DNA from: Eledone cirrhosa
Taxonomy: Eukaryota
Assembly (NCBI GenBank): GCA_964016885.1
Contig: CAXHJY010000237.1
Span: forward strand, 9,261 to 73,260
DNA: 64,000 bases
Direction: 5' to 3'
In this document: positions 14,300 through 28,833 of the stretch, piece after piece
Numbering within the stretch: position 1 is the first letter of the stretch
Layout of the letters: each line of letters opens with the position of its first letter
The notes under the pieces: generated by a model
What the model was told of the DNA's origin: nothing
What the model saw: the letters and a program-made list of their open reading frames with translations, nothing else
The model's database searches: none
Position numbers and translations under genes: made by a program

Positions 14300-15180
14300 T
14301 AAAATATTGATGTGTGTATTTACATCAGTAGATGAAGTTGTGAAGATTATCAACAAAAGAAAAATAATGATGTCATAGGTGACAGCTTATTCGCCATATT
14401 GCTCATCATTTCAATACTTTCTTGTGAATAAGCAAGAGTAAGTATTCAGGACATATGGATACAGTTCAAGTGTAAGTAGTTGTCACTTCAGGAAATATCA
14501 ACAAAATAAACACCTGCTTCTTTTATGTCATTTCCAGTTTCTTCTTTACAAACATTTCTGATAGTTTGGAGCCATCATCAATTAAATGACAACACAACTA
14601 GATTTTTAATAAAGCGATTTCGAAGAAGAAATCTTGAGAGGAATAATTGAATATATTCAATAACAAAATCAAAACAAATGTACGATGTAACATCAAAAGG
14701 AATGGAAAACATCTTATCATACCTATTCAGCTAAGCATAGACCACGTCGTACCTGGTGAAATATTTATTGAGAGAACCAGTAGCAGGCATCAACTGGTGG
14801 CCTATCAAAACATAAAAACAAAAAACAACAATATTTAATTTCTAAGATACAAAATTATTAAAACAATACATTAATAATTCTTGTCGCATTAGTATTTCTA
14901 TTTAGTTATTCTAAATAGAATAAATAACAAAAACGATGGGAAACTTCTTATATCTCTTCAGCTAAGTATAAATTATATCGTACCTGGTGTATATATTTAT
15001 TGAGAGAATCATACATTACTTTTCTTGTAGATGATGTGTAGGATTCATTGGTTTACATAGTCTTTTAGTACCTACTTGTAAGTAAATTTTACTTAGGGAT
15101 TCTCTCATCACTATTTACACAAGTATAAGGATGTTTGTTTTTGCTGAAGACGTCTAGTTAGCTGGAAACATGTCTAGAGT
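14300..15180 (+). mobile_element. Highly decayed Penelope-like remnant (GIY-YIG-like trace, direct repeat, degenerate HHR)
   Basis: IFIERTSSR resembles YIGRTSR; ~70-bp direct repeat at ~14700-14778 and ~14938-15010; CTGAAGA..GAAACATGTC at 15144-15174. Confidence 0.4.
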
Positions 15181-16236
15181 TGTGATACGTGCTTGCTGAA
15201 TTGATTACAATATTAATTGCTAAGCTAATTACATTTTTCCTCAGTTCTTGCAGTTATAATTAGACATTTTTATGCTGACTACATTAAATATCTTAACAAA
15301 TATACAAATATTTTTTTTATTGCTGGTTGCTTACATGAATAAGCCAATGAAATTGAAGTGAGACGAAGATTCCCACTTAAAATGCCTTCATTAACATTAC
15401 AAACCAATGTGTAATTAAACGAATTGATTAATAGTGAATGGATCCGTTCCTTCAAGGTCTCCTAATAAAGCGGTTTGCTTGACATTTTACTTAAATAACT
15501 GAAGAATTAAATAAATAATTAAAATATATGAAATCTTCTATGATATAAACAAATAGGATATTGCTTGTGAGAAGTATGGGACATCAGTAACCAAAGATCT
15601 TGAAAAATGAACAATGAGATAAGGAACAATTAAACAACAGAGCATTCAATGAATTCTTGACTACCAAGATTCAACTAATTACAGTCAGCAACACAAGCTG
15701 TATTTAAATTAAAATTAAAATGAAACGTTAGTGGAAATAAGACAAAGTAATTGCAAATGGAAGGTGTTAGTCATTTTTACTATATGCTGTGCATGAACAA
15801 TTACACAAAAGAACAGTGAGAAGATGTGTATTTTTTAAACATTTTTTAGAATGTAAACACATCTATGTGAGTGCAAGGCCTTCAATATGCTTTTATTTTC
15901 TTTTTCATTTAATCGAAAGATTCTGACAACTTAAGTCAGATGTTAGTTTTATGTGAAGTATTGTAGAATTTTTGAAGAGAAGAAAAATGGAAAGAAATGT
16001 TAAAGATTTTGCTAAGCTAACCAAAGTCATAAAATTTTAAATGAGCCGAACAAAATGGTTGGGTGCGACATGAGGACGACAAAATGAGAGAAAGAGGGGG
16101 AGAAAGAGAGAATGAGACAGGTAAAAAGAGAAAGAAAGTGAGAGACAGAAACATTACAGAGACAGAGAAACAATTATATATATATATATATTTATACATA
16201 CACACACAGATATATATATATATATATATATATATT

Positions 16237-16700
16237 CATCATCATCGTTTAACGTCTATCTTCCATGCTAGCATGGGTTTAGACGGGAATTGTCTCACGT
16301 GAGGCAAGATTGGTCGTCTCGCTCGTATAGGACTGTCTGGCGGGTTTTCTACGGCTAGATGCCCTTCCTAACACCAACCACGTTTACAGTGTGGACTGGG
16401 TGGTTTTTACCGTGTTACCTACACGGCCACATTACAGCGTGGACTGTGTGTTTTTTTTTTGTCATGACACCTACACGACCTCATTTATTTAGGACTGGAT
16501 GTTGTGGCACCAACATAACTTTACAGAGAAAGGGGTGGTGTAGATGGGGGTGGGGTAGGGGTAGTGAGATGGTGGTGTATTTTTGGTTAGGAGGTGCCTA
16601 CTGACTGTAGGTTTCGCTTTGTACTTAGGCAAGGTGGGTCTTCTGTATTACTGCATAGTGCCAAGGATCTCGGTCCAGTGACATTGTCTAGAGAGAGGCT
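16237..16700 (-). mobile_element. RTE 3' fragment (end of ORF + 3'UTR + GAT tail)
   Basis: Homologous to 20486-20935 and to the reverse complement of 57385-57970, with a single-copy UTR module. Confidence 0.9.
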
Positions 16701-18930
16701 GAAGTGGGAACGAGAACTAAAACCTAACAGGAGCAGTATAATGTTATAATACTATATAATAATATAAAAGAAAGAAACAACTTATAAAAGAATAAATAAG
16801 TAATGACAAATAACAAAGATAGAAAACAGATTAGAAAAACAATAAAAAAATGAAAAAGTCAAAACAAAATGAAAGTAAAGAGAATCAATGTGAAAGAACA
16901 AAGGAAAATAAAATAAAAAGAAGGAAGAAACAATCTGCTTAATGACAATGTGGTTAATTATATCTTTTGTATGTTCTTCTGCGTATTGAGATAGAATTGT
17001 GGTGTTAACGTTTGAAAATAGAAGAATGATTTTGTAATATTCTCTTCTTTCAAGTTAACAGTGAAAAGCTTTGCTGAAATAATTGGGATATGGTTCAGAA
17101 AGCAGGCGTTAACTCAGACATTGAACAACTATTCAGATGACATGCATTGCATCACTATCATTATGATCGTCGTAAAAATATAATAACATCAATAATATGA
17201 ATAATGGTTTCTGATTGAGGCACAAGACCAGAAATATGAAGGGGAGGGGGGGTAAGTCGATTAAATCGAACCCCAGTGTATTACTGCTACTTTATTTTAT
17301 CGACCTCACAATAATTCACAGTATTAATGTGGTCGACCTCATCACGTCATTATCATCACCATTATAGGTGGAAGAGGAGAAGGTGAGTTTTGGGGATGAG
17401 AGGCTGTCTTTGTTGTTGCAATGTTGATGATTGGAGAAGACCAAATTGCAGCAGCCTTTGTTTCCCTGAGAGAATCTACATCTTTAACCAACATTCCTTA
17501 TGCAGCAGTTAAAAGAGGTGAAGTCATTTCGACATGATACTGTGGTTCCATGCCTAATATTTTCCCTGATGGATGAGCGATATCAACCGAGAATCTACAC
17601 CGTCTACAGCCTCTAGAGTGATTCAATTCATTTTCATTCTAACCAACTGACGAGTACACTTGATCTGATTTTAATTTGCCCAACTATGGAGGATTTACAT
17701 TCAAGTTTACCTAATCTTTCAATGTCAATTATATTTGAACTGTAGTGTTTGTTTATTTACAACTAGCTACCATAAATCGATTTGTCTTAACGTTTGTTTT
17801 CACTTTTACATTCTCATCAAATTAATAATGATATATATGCTATTATATTTAAATTTTTGTTTCTCTCTCATATATATATATATAATGTATGTAAGCGTGA
17901 ATATATGTGTGTATTTTTCAACTTCATTTTTTTTTCAATTCTATAAATTGTAATACGATAAAATAGATATTATAAAACCTTGATGTAATATTAATTTAAT
18001 GTCTTTAGTTCTATATATCTATATATAGAACTAATCTGTTCAAATGATAAGTAAAATGAAGTATGTGTGTGTGTGGGGGCAATGAAAACGTACCAGTCAC
18101 CTACTGAGGTCGGTTTTTCATCTCTATCTCTCTCCATCCTTTTCTGAAATAAATGGGTAGTGTTCAGACCCATATTACATTTGTAAATAGATTTTTGTTA
18201 TTCAGTCAATTTTTAATAGGAATAAAAAAAGTGATATGATTTTAAAATCCTAGAAATAGGTTTTGAAGCCAAGTTTTAGATTAACATTTTCAAGATAGCC
18301 AAAGAGAAAAAGAAAAAAACAAATAATATACATCAATATTATCAACTTGTTCAGGAATTAATGTAGATTTTTAAACACTTAAAACGATAAAACATTTGGT
18401 GGTTGTTTAGTTGTGGAAGGATTGAAAGTGGTAGTTGAGTGGTGAAAGTTCCAGTGTGTGTGTGTACTGAATAAGGCAGAGCTATGAATACTTCATATTA
18501 TAATGTCAGATCATCTGTTGATTAAAAATGAGCTTTTATTGTTGTTTTGTGTCGATATTAAATAAATTTGATGTAATTATTAAATTCTTTAAAGTATAAT
18601 AAAACATAAAACCTATTCCATTTGACAATGATAAAATAGATGCATCACGCTTTAAATATAATTTACACATTAATTCTGTCAAATATGTAACTAACGATAT
18701 AAACATATTTAGTTTTTGATTACACAGCATTTTCTCTCTATGTATACATACATACATAACTACATACAAACATATATACATAATACATATATACATACAT
18801 TGTCATAATAATTCTTAACATGTAAACGATCACATTTTGTCATTTTATAGTTTTTTTTATTCTACAGTATTTTGTTGGTTTCCTAATTTAATTTAATATT
18901 ACTATTGTTTCTTATTATTATCATTGACAG

Positions 18931-19521
18931 TGGTGGATTGGCAGTATTGGTAGAGAGTCGGACGCCATGCTTTGCAGCAAAGAGTTACGGCCCTTTATGA
19001 TCTGAGTTCAAATCCCGCCGAGGTTAACTTTGCCTTTCATCCTTACGGGGGTCGATAAAATAAAGTACCAGTAATACCCTGGGATAATTGCTGGCCTTGT
19101 ACCAAAAGTAGAAACAATTATTATCATTGACAGTATTGGTAGAGCATCGGATATAATGTTTTGCAGCATAGAGTTATGACCCTTTACATTCTGAGTTCAA
19201 ATCCTGCTGAGGTTAGCTTTGCTTTTCATCCTTACGGTGTCAATAAAATAAGTACCAGTCACTTCCCCTCTCCCCAAATTGCTGGCTTTGTGCCTGTAGT
19301 ACAAATCATCATTATTATTAATCAAGGCGGTGAATTGGCAGTATCGATAGAGGGTCGGACGCCATGCTTTGACGCATAGAGTTTCGTCCTTTGCCATTCT
19401 GAGTTCAAATCCCGTCGAGTTTAACTTTGCCTTTCATCCTTATAGGGTCGATAAAATAAAGTACCAGTAATGCACTGGGTAATTGCTGGCCTTGTGCCAA
19501 AAGAAGAAACAATTATTATTA
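18931..19521 (+). mobile_element. Three head-to-tail family-A tRNA-SINEs (18931, ~19131, ~19325)
   Basis: Each has TGGCAGTA..GGTAGAG (A box; truncated in the middle copy), GAGTTCAAATCC (B box), GCCTTTCATCCTTACGG..GTCGATAAAATAAAGTACCAG and an (ATT)n tail. Confidence 0.9.
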
Positions 19522-20238
19522 ATCATTGCGTGCATTCTTGCTAAGCTACAACCAATGTTGTCTAAACTTTAATTTACATACACTGTAGACTTTGCCAAAA
19601 AATTGCTGCTAAATATTTGTAAACATTATTATAATTCGATAAATTATTATTATTTTCCAAAAATTGAACTTTTGTAAGCAAATAAAAAAAAAACTAAACA
19701 AATAGTAAATAAATAAGAAAATATTCCGAAACAAATAAGGAATAAATACAGGAATAAATATGATTAAAAATTTCATATTTTCAATCACATTTTTTTCCTT
19801 TTGTTTTTCTGATTAGATTTAAATCTTTCTTTTATAAATGAAGCCAAAATTATTGTTTTATTAACATTCTGCTTATTATTTTAAATTTAACTTTCATAAC
19901 AGATACGTCACGTATATTATAGTTTTTTTTAATTATTTTGGAATTTATATTCTTCTAGATTTTATTCTATGAAATGTTTATTTATATGTTTACTCCGTTG
20001 TAATTAATATTTTGTTGTTGGTGGTTTATTTTGTTCCCTGATTATTAAAACGTTATAATTTTCTATTCCAGTTCATCCGAGCAAACATGTCATATAAATA
20101 GGGTTAATGGAAATATACTGGCATAAAACAAAGAAAAATCAAATAATAAATAAAGATGATATTTCAAATTGCCAAATACTTATACTTTAAACTTAATTTG
20201 TTTTTATTCACTTTTATAACTATATTTTTTTATCAAGT

Positions 20239-20375
20239 GGGGGTGGATTGGCTGTATCGATAAAGCAGTAGACAACATGCTTTACGACATTTGGTCAGTC
20301 TTTTACATTCTGAGTTCAAATCCAGCGATGTTAGCTTTGTCTTTCATCCTTATGTTGTCGATAAAATATAGTATC
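20239..20375 (+). mobile_element. Family-A SINE, 3'-truncated
   Basis: GGTGGATTGGC..GAGTTCAAATCC..CTTTCATCCTTA..GTCGATAAAA. Confidence 0.75.
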
Positions 20376-20485
20376 AGCAACACATACATACATCGATGTA
20401 TGCATTCGTTATTAGAGCTGGTCAACCGGATGCAATTTGGTTTCTTCTATATATCGACACACACACATATATATATATATGTATA

Positions 20486-21838
20486 TCATCATCATCATCA
20501 TCATCAACGTTTAACGTCCGTGTTCCACGCTTGCATGGGTTTGGACGGGGGTTTTCCCACTTGAGGCAAGAGTGATTGTCTTGCTCGCATAGGACTGTCT
20601 GGCAGGTTTTCTACAGTTGGATGCCCTTCCTAACGCCAACCACATTTACAGTGTGGGTCTGGGAGGTTTTTACCGTGTTGCCTACACGGCCACATTACAG
20701 CGTGGACTGTGTGTTTTTTTTTTTGTCGTGACACCTACACGATCTCATTTGTTTCGGCCTGGATGGTGTGGCACCAACATAACTTTACATAGAAGGGGGC
20801 GGTGTGGATGGGACGGGGGTGTATTTTGTTAGAGATGCCTACTGACTGTAGTAGGTTTTACTTTGTATTTAGGTAAGGCGGGTCTTCTCTATTACTGAGT
20901 ACCGCCAAAGGTCTCGGTCCAGTGACATTGTCTTGGTGAGGTGTAAGTGTGTGAGGTCGGAGTTTATCAGCTCGTCCCAGGTTTTTCTGGGTCTGCCTAT
21001 TCCGTGGCTACCGTCTATCTTTATTGCCCTGCACTTTGTTATACAGCTATCGTCCTTCATGCGCATCACGTGACCATACCAACGTAGCCTTCTCTCTAGT
21101 AAACAACATCTGATCCCTCTTATTTCTAATTTTTTCCTTAGTTCGTTTATGCTTTGTCGTTCACGTATATTGCTATTACACATCCAGCGGAGCATGCAAG
21201 CTTCGTTTCTCTCTAGTCTGCGTATATCCTCTGCACACAATGCCCAGGTCTCACTGCCATGCAGCATTGCTGTTCGTATGCAGGCATCGTACAACCTGCC
21301 TTTCATTTTTAGGGAGAACCCTTTAGCGGCTAATAGTGGTATAAGCTCTCTGAACTTTTTCCACCCAGTTCTGACTCTAGCTACTGTACTTTCAGAGCAC
21401 CCTCCCCCACTGCTGATTTTGTCACCCAGGTAACGGAAGCTGTCCACTATTTCTATAGAACCCTCTGCGCAGTTGAAAGAGCTAGTATTTTGTGGGCACT
21501 TGCTGCTACTTATTGCCCCAGAACACCGGCCACATGTAAAATCTATGTTCTTAGTTAGCTTACCTGTGATCCCACTACATCTTTTATGCACCCAAACTTT
21601 GCATTTGGGACACAAAATGGAATTTCTACCTACGCCTTTCCTACACTTCCCGGAGGGGACCGCCGCCTTATTTTCTTTCTTACAAACTAGAACTTTAGTC
21701 TTAGCCAGGTTAATTTTAAGGCCTTTTGATTCTAGGCCGTGCTTCCATGTTTGGAATTTCTTCTCTAGCTCGGCAATTGATTCAGCTATGAGCGTTAGAT
21801 CATCTGCGTATAGGAGTTCCCATGGGCAGCCGGTCTTG
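20486..21838 (-). mobile_element. RTE-clade LINE, 5'-truncated, same subfamily as 55991-57970
   Basis: ORF 20869-21615 is nearly identical in translation to the C-terminus of 56053-57447; YADD region at ~21797-21811; (CAT)n tail at 20486; 5' end abuts (TA)n. Confidence 0.95.
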
Positions 21839-24820
21839 ATATATATATATATATATATATATATACACTTTCATATACACCCCTATGGTGAATTACGCTA
21901 TGTTCGTGCCAACTTTAAAGGATCACAACCAGTCTGGTTCACACTAAAGGTTCCAAATATTGACTGATGTTATAGGCTGTAGTATATTCTAGACTTAGAA
22001 CCGAGGAATTAATGGTAAATCTGGATAATCAGTGAAGGTCGTAAGTATTGAAGTCTAAATGTGAATTATTTCCCTTTAGAAAAATGATACATAAATATAA
22101 ATTTTAAATAATAAAACAAAAATTCATATTAAATTGCAATGTAGGATAGATAGGACTAAATATAAAATATAGATTAAAGTAAGCATTCCGTCTATTGGGG
22201 CATACGTACGTGTATGAAGACCACACATGCATGCACACTCGCACATAATATGTGTGTGTATATATATATGTATGTGTGTGTGCTTATGTGTATATATACA
22301 TACATATATGTATGTATGTGTGCATGTATAGCTGTTGTAACGCTACGAGGATTAAATATTGCTATGTGGATGAGGACCTACTTGAAAAAGGAAGTTAACG
22401 AGATCAGAACGAGAACTGCATGGGTGTCCTAATAACAACGTATATTTAATTTAATTCTATTTTCATTATTATTTTATTTATGGCTATTTTCATTCTTCTT
22501 TACTCTCTATTATCTGCTTTCTCTTCAAAAAGTTTTTAATGTTCAATTAATTTCATTATAGACTTGAAACTACCTCATTTTGATAATTTAATAAGTAGCT
22601 GGAGAGAAATATTAGAGATATGAAGATAAAAAATCCCCATTGAAAATGCATTGTCTTTACATTTCCGTTTGATTTCTATATTCAGGCTCCTGTTTTCTAT
22701 GATAATGGAAATATAATTACAGTGGCTTCCTTTCCATTGTAAATATAATCAACAACTGGAAGCTAACAATCCCGATAGACACACACACACACACTATATA
22801 TATGTATATATCAATAGGAATAAATTTATGCTGTAATATCCGCATAAATATATATGTATTAATAGATTAAACGACAGAAATTTTTAGCTGCTTTATAAGT
22901 GCCCTTAATTTTCATTTTTTTATCATATTTATGCGTCTTCTGGCTCCAGTTAGCCTTCCGTTCTTTCTTTCTCTGTCTCTCTCTTGTATTTGTTTCTTAA
23001 CTGAAAATGGTAATAGACACATCTTCTAGTCTGACATGTTTTACTGGCTGTTTAAGGATGTTTAAATTGATTAACTAAACACAAATAAATATAGAGAGTC
23101 ACACTCCTATACATTCACAGTTTAAAATATATACATGTATAGATGCATCTGTCAAAGTTAACACAGAAAGACGGGAATATATTCTGATGAACAAATGTGC
23201 ACACATGTAGACTGAAGCCTAACACTAACAGAGACATTGCAGTTGATATAAATATCTGACCAATAATTCAAATATAACAAGAAAGGGATTATATATCAAT
23301 ATAATGATTTTAAGAAATTGTAAGAAATTTTAAGAAATTGTATTTTAAGAAATTGTATAAAGAGCCTTCAAATGGTGAAACTATTTGTTGTAGCGGGATA
23401 GAAGTGATATCCAGATATAACCAAAAATATTAGATTACATTTCAGGATTATTTTCCCTTTTGAAGATGGTAGAATCGATTATTAAAGCCACTTCCATCAG
23501 ATGAAAAGAAGAGGAAAAACATCAAATATGAATCAGGATAGAATTTCAATGTTTTATTGTAGCGTTCACTTTACTTATCACATTTTACTTTGTTACCTCT
23601 CCTCACAAGAAGGCTGAAATTCAATGTTGAAGTTGAGTAAGATTTGAACTCAAAATGTAAAGAATTGTGTCTAATGACAACAGAGTATTTTCCTTATCAC
23701 AATCATGATCATCTGGTATTTTTATCCAATATGTTTTTTTTTTAAGAAGCTGTAGTATAAATTGATTGAGATGTGGTTGCCATTTTTAGCTGTTTGAGCA
23801 ACTGTGTAAAGGATGCCTCATTTACTCGCATTGTGTCTTCATTTTAAGACAGTGGATGTAAGAGATATAAATTATGTCTAGAAAACAAACGAGAAAAAGA
23901 AACAGTAGGAAAGTTATATCAAATAACAAACCAAAATCACTGTAAATATATACAAAAATGATAGACAAGGAATCATTCGACAGAGATGTTACATATATGC
24001 ATATCTACATGAACACACACATGCATACACACACATAAACAGTCTCAGAGTGAAACACGCCGTCAGAATAAAAGATAAGATATCTTTTTTTTGTAAAGCC
24101 AAATCAAGATATTGTTTCTCGAATATGAAAGACATATGAATAGAAAATATATTTTAAATTGTCAGATATGAATGACATGATTCCAGTAGCCACTATATCT
24201 TCCACGCTAAGAATTCAGAGTTTATGTATATACATACATCCACATATATATATACTTGTAGAAACATATATATAATATAAATATATATTCATTACTTTGT
24301 CTGATTAATTTTTATCTGTTCAAATATTCATATCATATGTATCAATTCTCTTGGATATCAAGAATATTTGACAGAAAAAAATTATATATATATGCATATA
24401 TTTATATAGGTTTTACCAAAAGAAAAGTTTGCAAGCAAGAAAGAGAAATACAAGTACTCAATACCAATAAGAAATACATGTTGAGTTACCTTTTATTAGA
24501 ACTTGAAATATTTTTTAACTATCATTCAGTGTTTCACCTTTCTCACCCAGTCTTATATTCCTTTAATTTAACCTATCAATCTTGTTAGTACCGTAACTGT
24601 GTATCATTCCAATAAATGAAATGGTAGACACCTAAACTGTCGCTGTATTTTTACTTCTATTCTTATGTTAGAGAGTGAATATTCTAAGTTTTTCACCTAC
24701 CTTCTGTACTACATTAATGCTATTTTTATTGCTATGAATTTAATGTCATCCCTATTGACTGTTTCGTAATTGAAAATGATATCAAGTTTTTATACACTAC
24801 CTGATCATTTGTCTCTATAA

Positions 24821-25009
24821 TAATTGTTTCTACTTTAGGCACAAGGCCAGCAATTACCCAGTGCATTACTGGTACTTTATTTTATCGACCCCGTAAGGAT
24901 GAAAGGCAAAGTCAACCTCGGCGGGATTTGAACTCAGATCGTAAAGGGACGTAACTATGCTGGAAAGCATGGTGTCCGACTCTCTACCGATATTGCCAAT
25001 CCACCGCCC
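24821..25009 (-). mobile_element. Family-A SINE, full length and young-looking
   Basis: Near-exact reverse complement of 41386-41571. Confidence 0.9.
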
Positions 25010-25737
25010 TTGTCTCTATAATAATATTCCATATTTTCAGTAGCACATTGAAAATTAACAAAAATGTAGGAAAAGCATATTTCGCCTCCATTCTTGATTA
25101 CAGTATGTTCCATCATGCCTGGCTTCGGTTTTCATCTGATCAGATTGAAATGCTTTCTCTAATTTAGTCAGGGGAAATCTGATCTGCTTTTAGAAAAGAC
25201 GAGTCACACTACTGATCAGATCACATGCAGCGTTCACTCTCTGTTCAAGGATATTGACATGTGCTGAGACTGGGACTCCCCCAGATATTCTGTGTGTGTA
25301 GAGATGACGTTCATCAAAACCCCAGTCAAAGGACCATTGTTACATCAATCTTTGCATTGTATAAAGTATTAAGAGTAAACAAGGATAACGAATCTCTAGT
25401 GAATACTATAAGTCTACAGAAACTTCTTCAAAATAATTTAGTCTGAAGGACTGTATAATATCATTCCACTTCTGATGAGATATGTTGAAGTTTACCCCTT
25501 CAACAATTTTACATTTAGAATGAAACGTAATCGAATTATTTAACGTAACAAATCTAGGTTTAATGATAGGCTTGAAGCAAAGAAATGGAAGATATTACGG
25601 AATACTTTAATCTAAAGATAATCGAAGCATTTCATCATCGAAACAATGGAACAATGTATTGAAGAATTATACAACATCAAAATATAAATAATATTTATAT
25701 ATACATAAATGTATATATAACATTTATATATATACAT

Positions 25738-25804
<67 letters not shown>

Positions 25805-26425
25805 CACACATATATATATATATACACACACACATATATAATATAACATTTATATATACACCATCAAAATATTCATAACATATACATAAGGTGCAATGTC
25901 CCTAAGTCTCTCAGATTATTTGCGTAAACATGATGCATAGGAGAGAGAGATATAGAAAACCTATAAAGGTGAGGAGTAGAAGTGATTTCCAGTGTTCTTT
26001 ATATCTTTTATAGATTTCCAACTACTATCCACCTAGCCATGGCCGCTAACAGTTATATTTTTATCATGTTAATTGGTTTTTACGCTATATTTATATTGGT
26101 ACAAAATCGAAATGTTACGACTAGAAATATGTTATTATATAGATTTTTCTCTAATTCCCATGTTCTCTCAGATGTTGTGTAATTTTCACTTGCTATTTGA
26201 CAAATATGCGGCAACTTATGATTTATTCTGGATATTGTTTGACCTTTAAACAGTCCGTCTCTCCTAAACACAATCATTCTATTGTCAGAATTACTTGTTC
26301 TCTCTCGGTTTTACACTTATCAACACAAATTGATTTAGAGTTAACACGAATATAATATATTCCTCTACGCAATAAATTCATTAATTGCGTGTTTCATTAT
26401 ATTATATATACACACACTATATATG

Positions 26426-26466
<41 letters not shown>

Positions 26467-26468
26467 TA

Positions 26469-26537
<69 letters not shown>

Positions 26538-26599
26538 TATGTATATATGTGTATATATATCGATCAGGCCAGTAATATTTTGTGATCTTGAAATGAAAG

Positions 26600-27890
26600 T
26601 ATAATCTCTGGCATGCAGTTTTGGCGATATGATTTATTGCATTAGAAATGACTCCGAAGGTTTATGCTCTTTTGATTAGAGTTACTGAAAACGTATCTCC
26701 AGATTCTTTGAACTGAACTGTTACATGATCTGTAGACGGATGAGAGTCAGTTATCATGTGGAAACCTTTCCAAAATGGGAGGAATCGATTGGATCCCAAA
26801 GAAGTGTTAAATGCTTCCGTCTATTACAAATCTGTTTACCGGGAAAAATATGAGATATGTTATTCAATAAATATATTGGGTGCGGATTTTAAAAACTCTC
26901 TTTCTCTGATTTAAGTCCACAACATCTGAGTGAATCATTTGAGAGAAGTTTCTTTCTTTTTGTAACACCCGAGGGAATCGTATTGATATACAGTGTTTCT
27001 AGGACATTTTAAAATCTGGCAGAGCCCACCTCTCTTCTGGGCTTGAGTACAGTAGATTTCTTTCAGAGAATGATAGAGAGTGAGAGAACAGAAGAACAGA
27101 AGAAAGAAAGAAATATAGAGGAAGAATTTATCCCAGTACTTGACTGCTACTTTTTTTTATCGACCTCGAATTGACGAAAGGCAAAGTTGACATCGACAGA
27201 CTTTGAATTCAGAGAGCAGAGAGTCGGAAATGAATACTGCAAAGCTTTGTATCCGACGTTTTAATGACTGCCAATTCGTCATTGAGGGAAGATACTGTCA
27301 ACTATTCTAGATATTATAATGAGTAAATCAAGTTGAGTTTTACTTACACAAATTGTTGCATAAATTCAGCCTCGAATATATGAAAGTCTCTTAGTAAAGA
27401 AGAATATTTCTCCAAGTACCTCGTCTAGTGTTGGCTGTTACCTTAATAATGATTAATACTTTTCAATGCATTTCTTTAGTACTTTCAAAATGTGGAGCTA
27501 AGCTCATCTATTGGAGTTCCAATAATCTTGGATAGAATGTTCTTTGAACCCTCAATGGTATTGTTATATCACCGTCTGTGTTAATTTTCATATAGCTGCA
27601 GAATTTCCACCCAATAAAGGTGTTAAATTATCATTCGCCACCTTGAAGCCAGGCTTCAGTGTTTCTTTCTTCACCAATAGAAATCTATTAGGTGTTAAAT
27701 CACGCTTGTAATGATATCTACCAACTTTTCTATATGTTCTTAGCACGTCCATCACTTATACATGCTTCTACACACACATATATAACTCACAATTATAAAT
27801 TGAGGCTTCAGAAATTCAATAATCTCCCCAATAATACGTCATTTAATATCACAATTCTCGAATTAACACGTTTTATAAACTGACTCCAAG
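26600..27890 (-). mobile_element. Decayed Penelope-like RT remnant interrupted by a family-A SINE (~27128-27280)
   Basis: Minus strand ~27480-27545 reads FY..IIGTP...LAP.F across frameshifts, resembling the PLE RT motif Y.Q..G.AMG...AP. Confidence 0.4.
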
Positions 27891-27957
27891 TTCCGTAAAG
27901 TAGCGATCATATATAAACATACTACTCTGACGAAGCGAAGAACAAGTTAACAGAAAT

Positions 27958-28210
27958 CAGTGATTCCCATGGAGAGGGGTGGGGTGGGGATTTAATATTT
28001 AAGTGGGGCAATTTGTTAATAAGAACAGACTTCAGGTTCCTGTCTCACCTTCTCCTCCAACACATGTTATTGTGCTTCTGGTACCACCTATACACCAATC
28101 TGTTTACACTTTGCAGTTGATCGTTGCCGTTTTAATATGGGGGGGGGGGGGGGATACTATTTTTGAGATGTGGAATTGAGCCATGATACACAAAAGGTTG
28201 GGAGGCACTG
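27958..28210. mobile_element. hAT-like MITE
   Basis: TIRs CAGTGATTCCCA / TGGGAGGCACTG; flanking 8-mers ACAGAAAT and ATATAAAT match 6/8 (decayed TSD). Confidence 0.55.
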
Positions 28211-28775
28211 ATATAAATATTATGTCTAAACAACAACAAAATATACTAATATATCTGGCAGCAGCAGAGAACAAGAAAACTATATTGAAAGGGAAATTAT
28301 ATAGGTCGAATTTTCAGTTCTGATATGTGCCGAAAACAGCAATAAATCGAATTCCAATGCTGAATATTCGAAATATTTATGGCAAAATACCAACCGCTTC
28401 AAATATGACAACCATGTTATTAGAATACTTTCCTTCTTTCTGTATTTTTCTTTTATTCTTTTATTCAAATATCTCACTTTTTGCCATTTGGCTGGCTCTT
28501 TTAACTTTTTCTTCTCTCCCTTAAACACCAATCATCTAATTAACCATAAGGTGGCATGTGATTATATATATATATTTATATATATTTATTTATGTTCGTA
28601 CACGGAACAAAGGCGCAACCTAAGGTTTGACCATACCTCCGGGAAAACAAGACGCAACAAAGTAGTGACTTTTCTTTGGCCGCTTATACAAGTTTATATT
28701 TCCCGATTGAGAACTATTCTCCTTTTTCCTTTTCACACACACACACACAGACACATATATACATACATATATATA

Positions 28776-28833
28776 TACCTACCAACTCTCTCTCACTATA
28801 TATATATATACAGTGAGAGAGAGTTGGTAGGTA
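28776..28833. repeat. 22-bp-arm hairpin around a (TA)n loop
   Basis: TACCTACCAACTCTCTCTCACT / AGTGAGAGAGAGTTGGTAGGTA are exact reverse complements. Confidence 0.9.

Noticed and set aside
17365-17620. Moderately GC-richer block resembling a host exon (also ~8130-8390)
   Set aside because: No clear open frame between plausible splice sites and no recognisable protein motif; small exons cannot be excluded without RNA-seq.
27925-27968. CTGACGA...GAAA hammerhead-like cores
   Set aside because: No stem I or II, and the 3' part belongs to the TIR of the hAT-like MITE.
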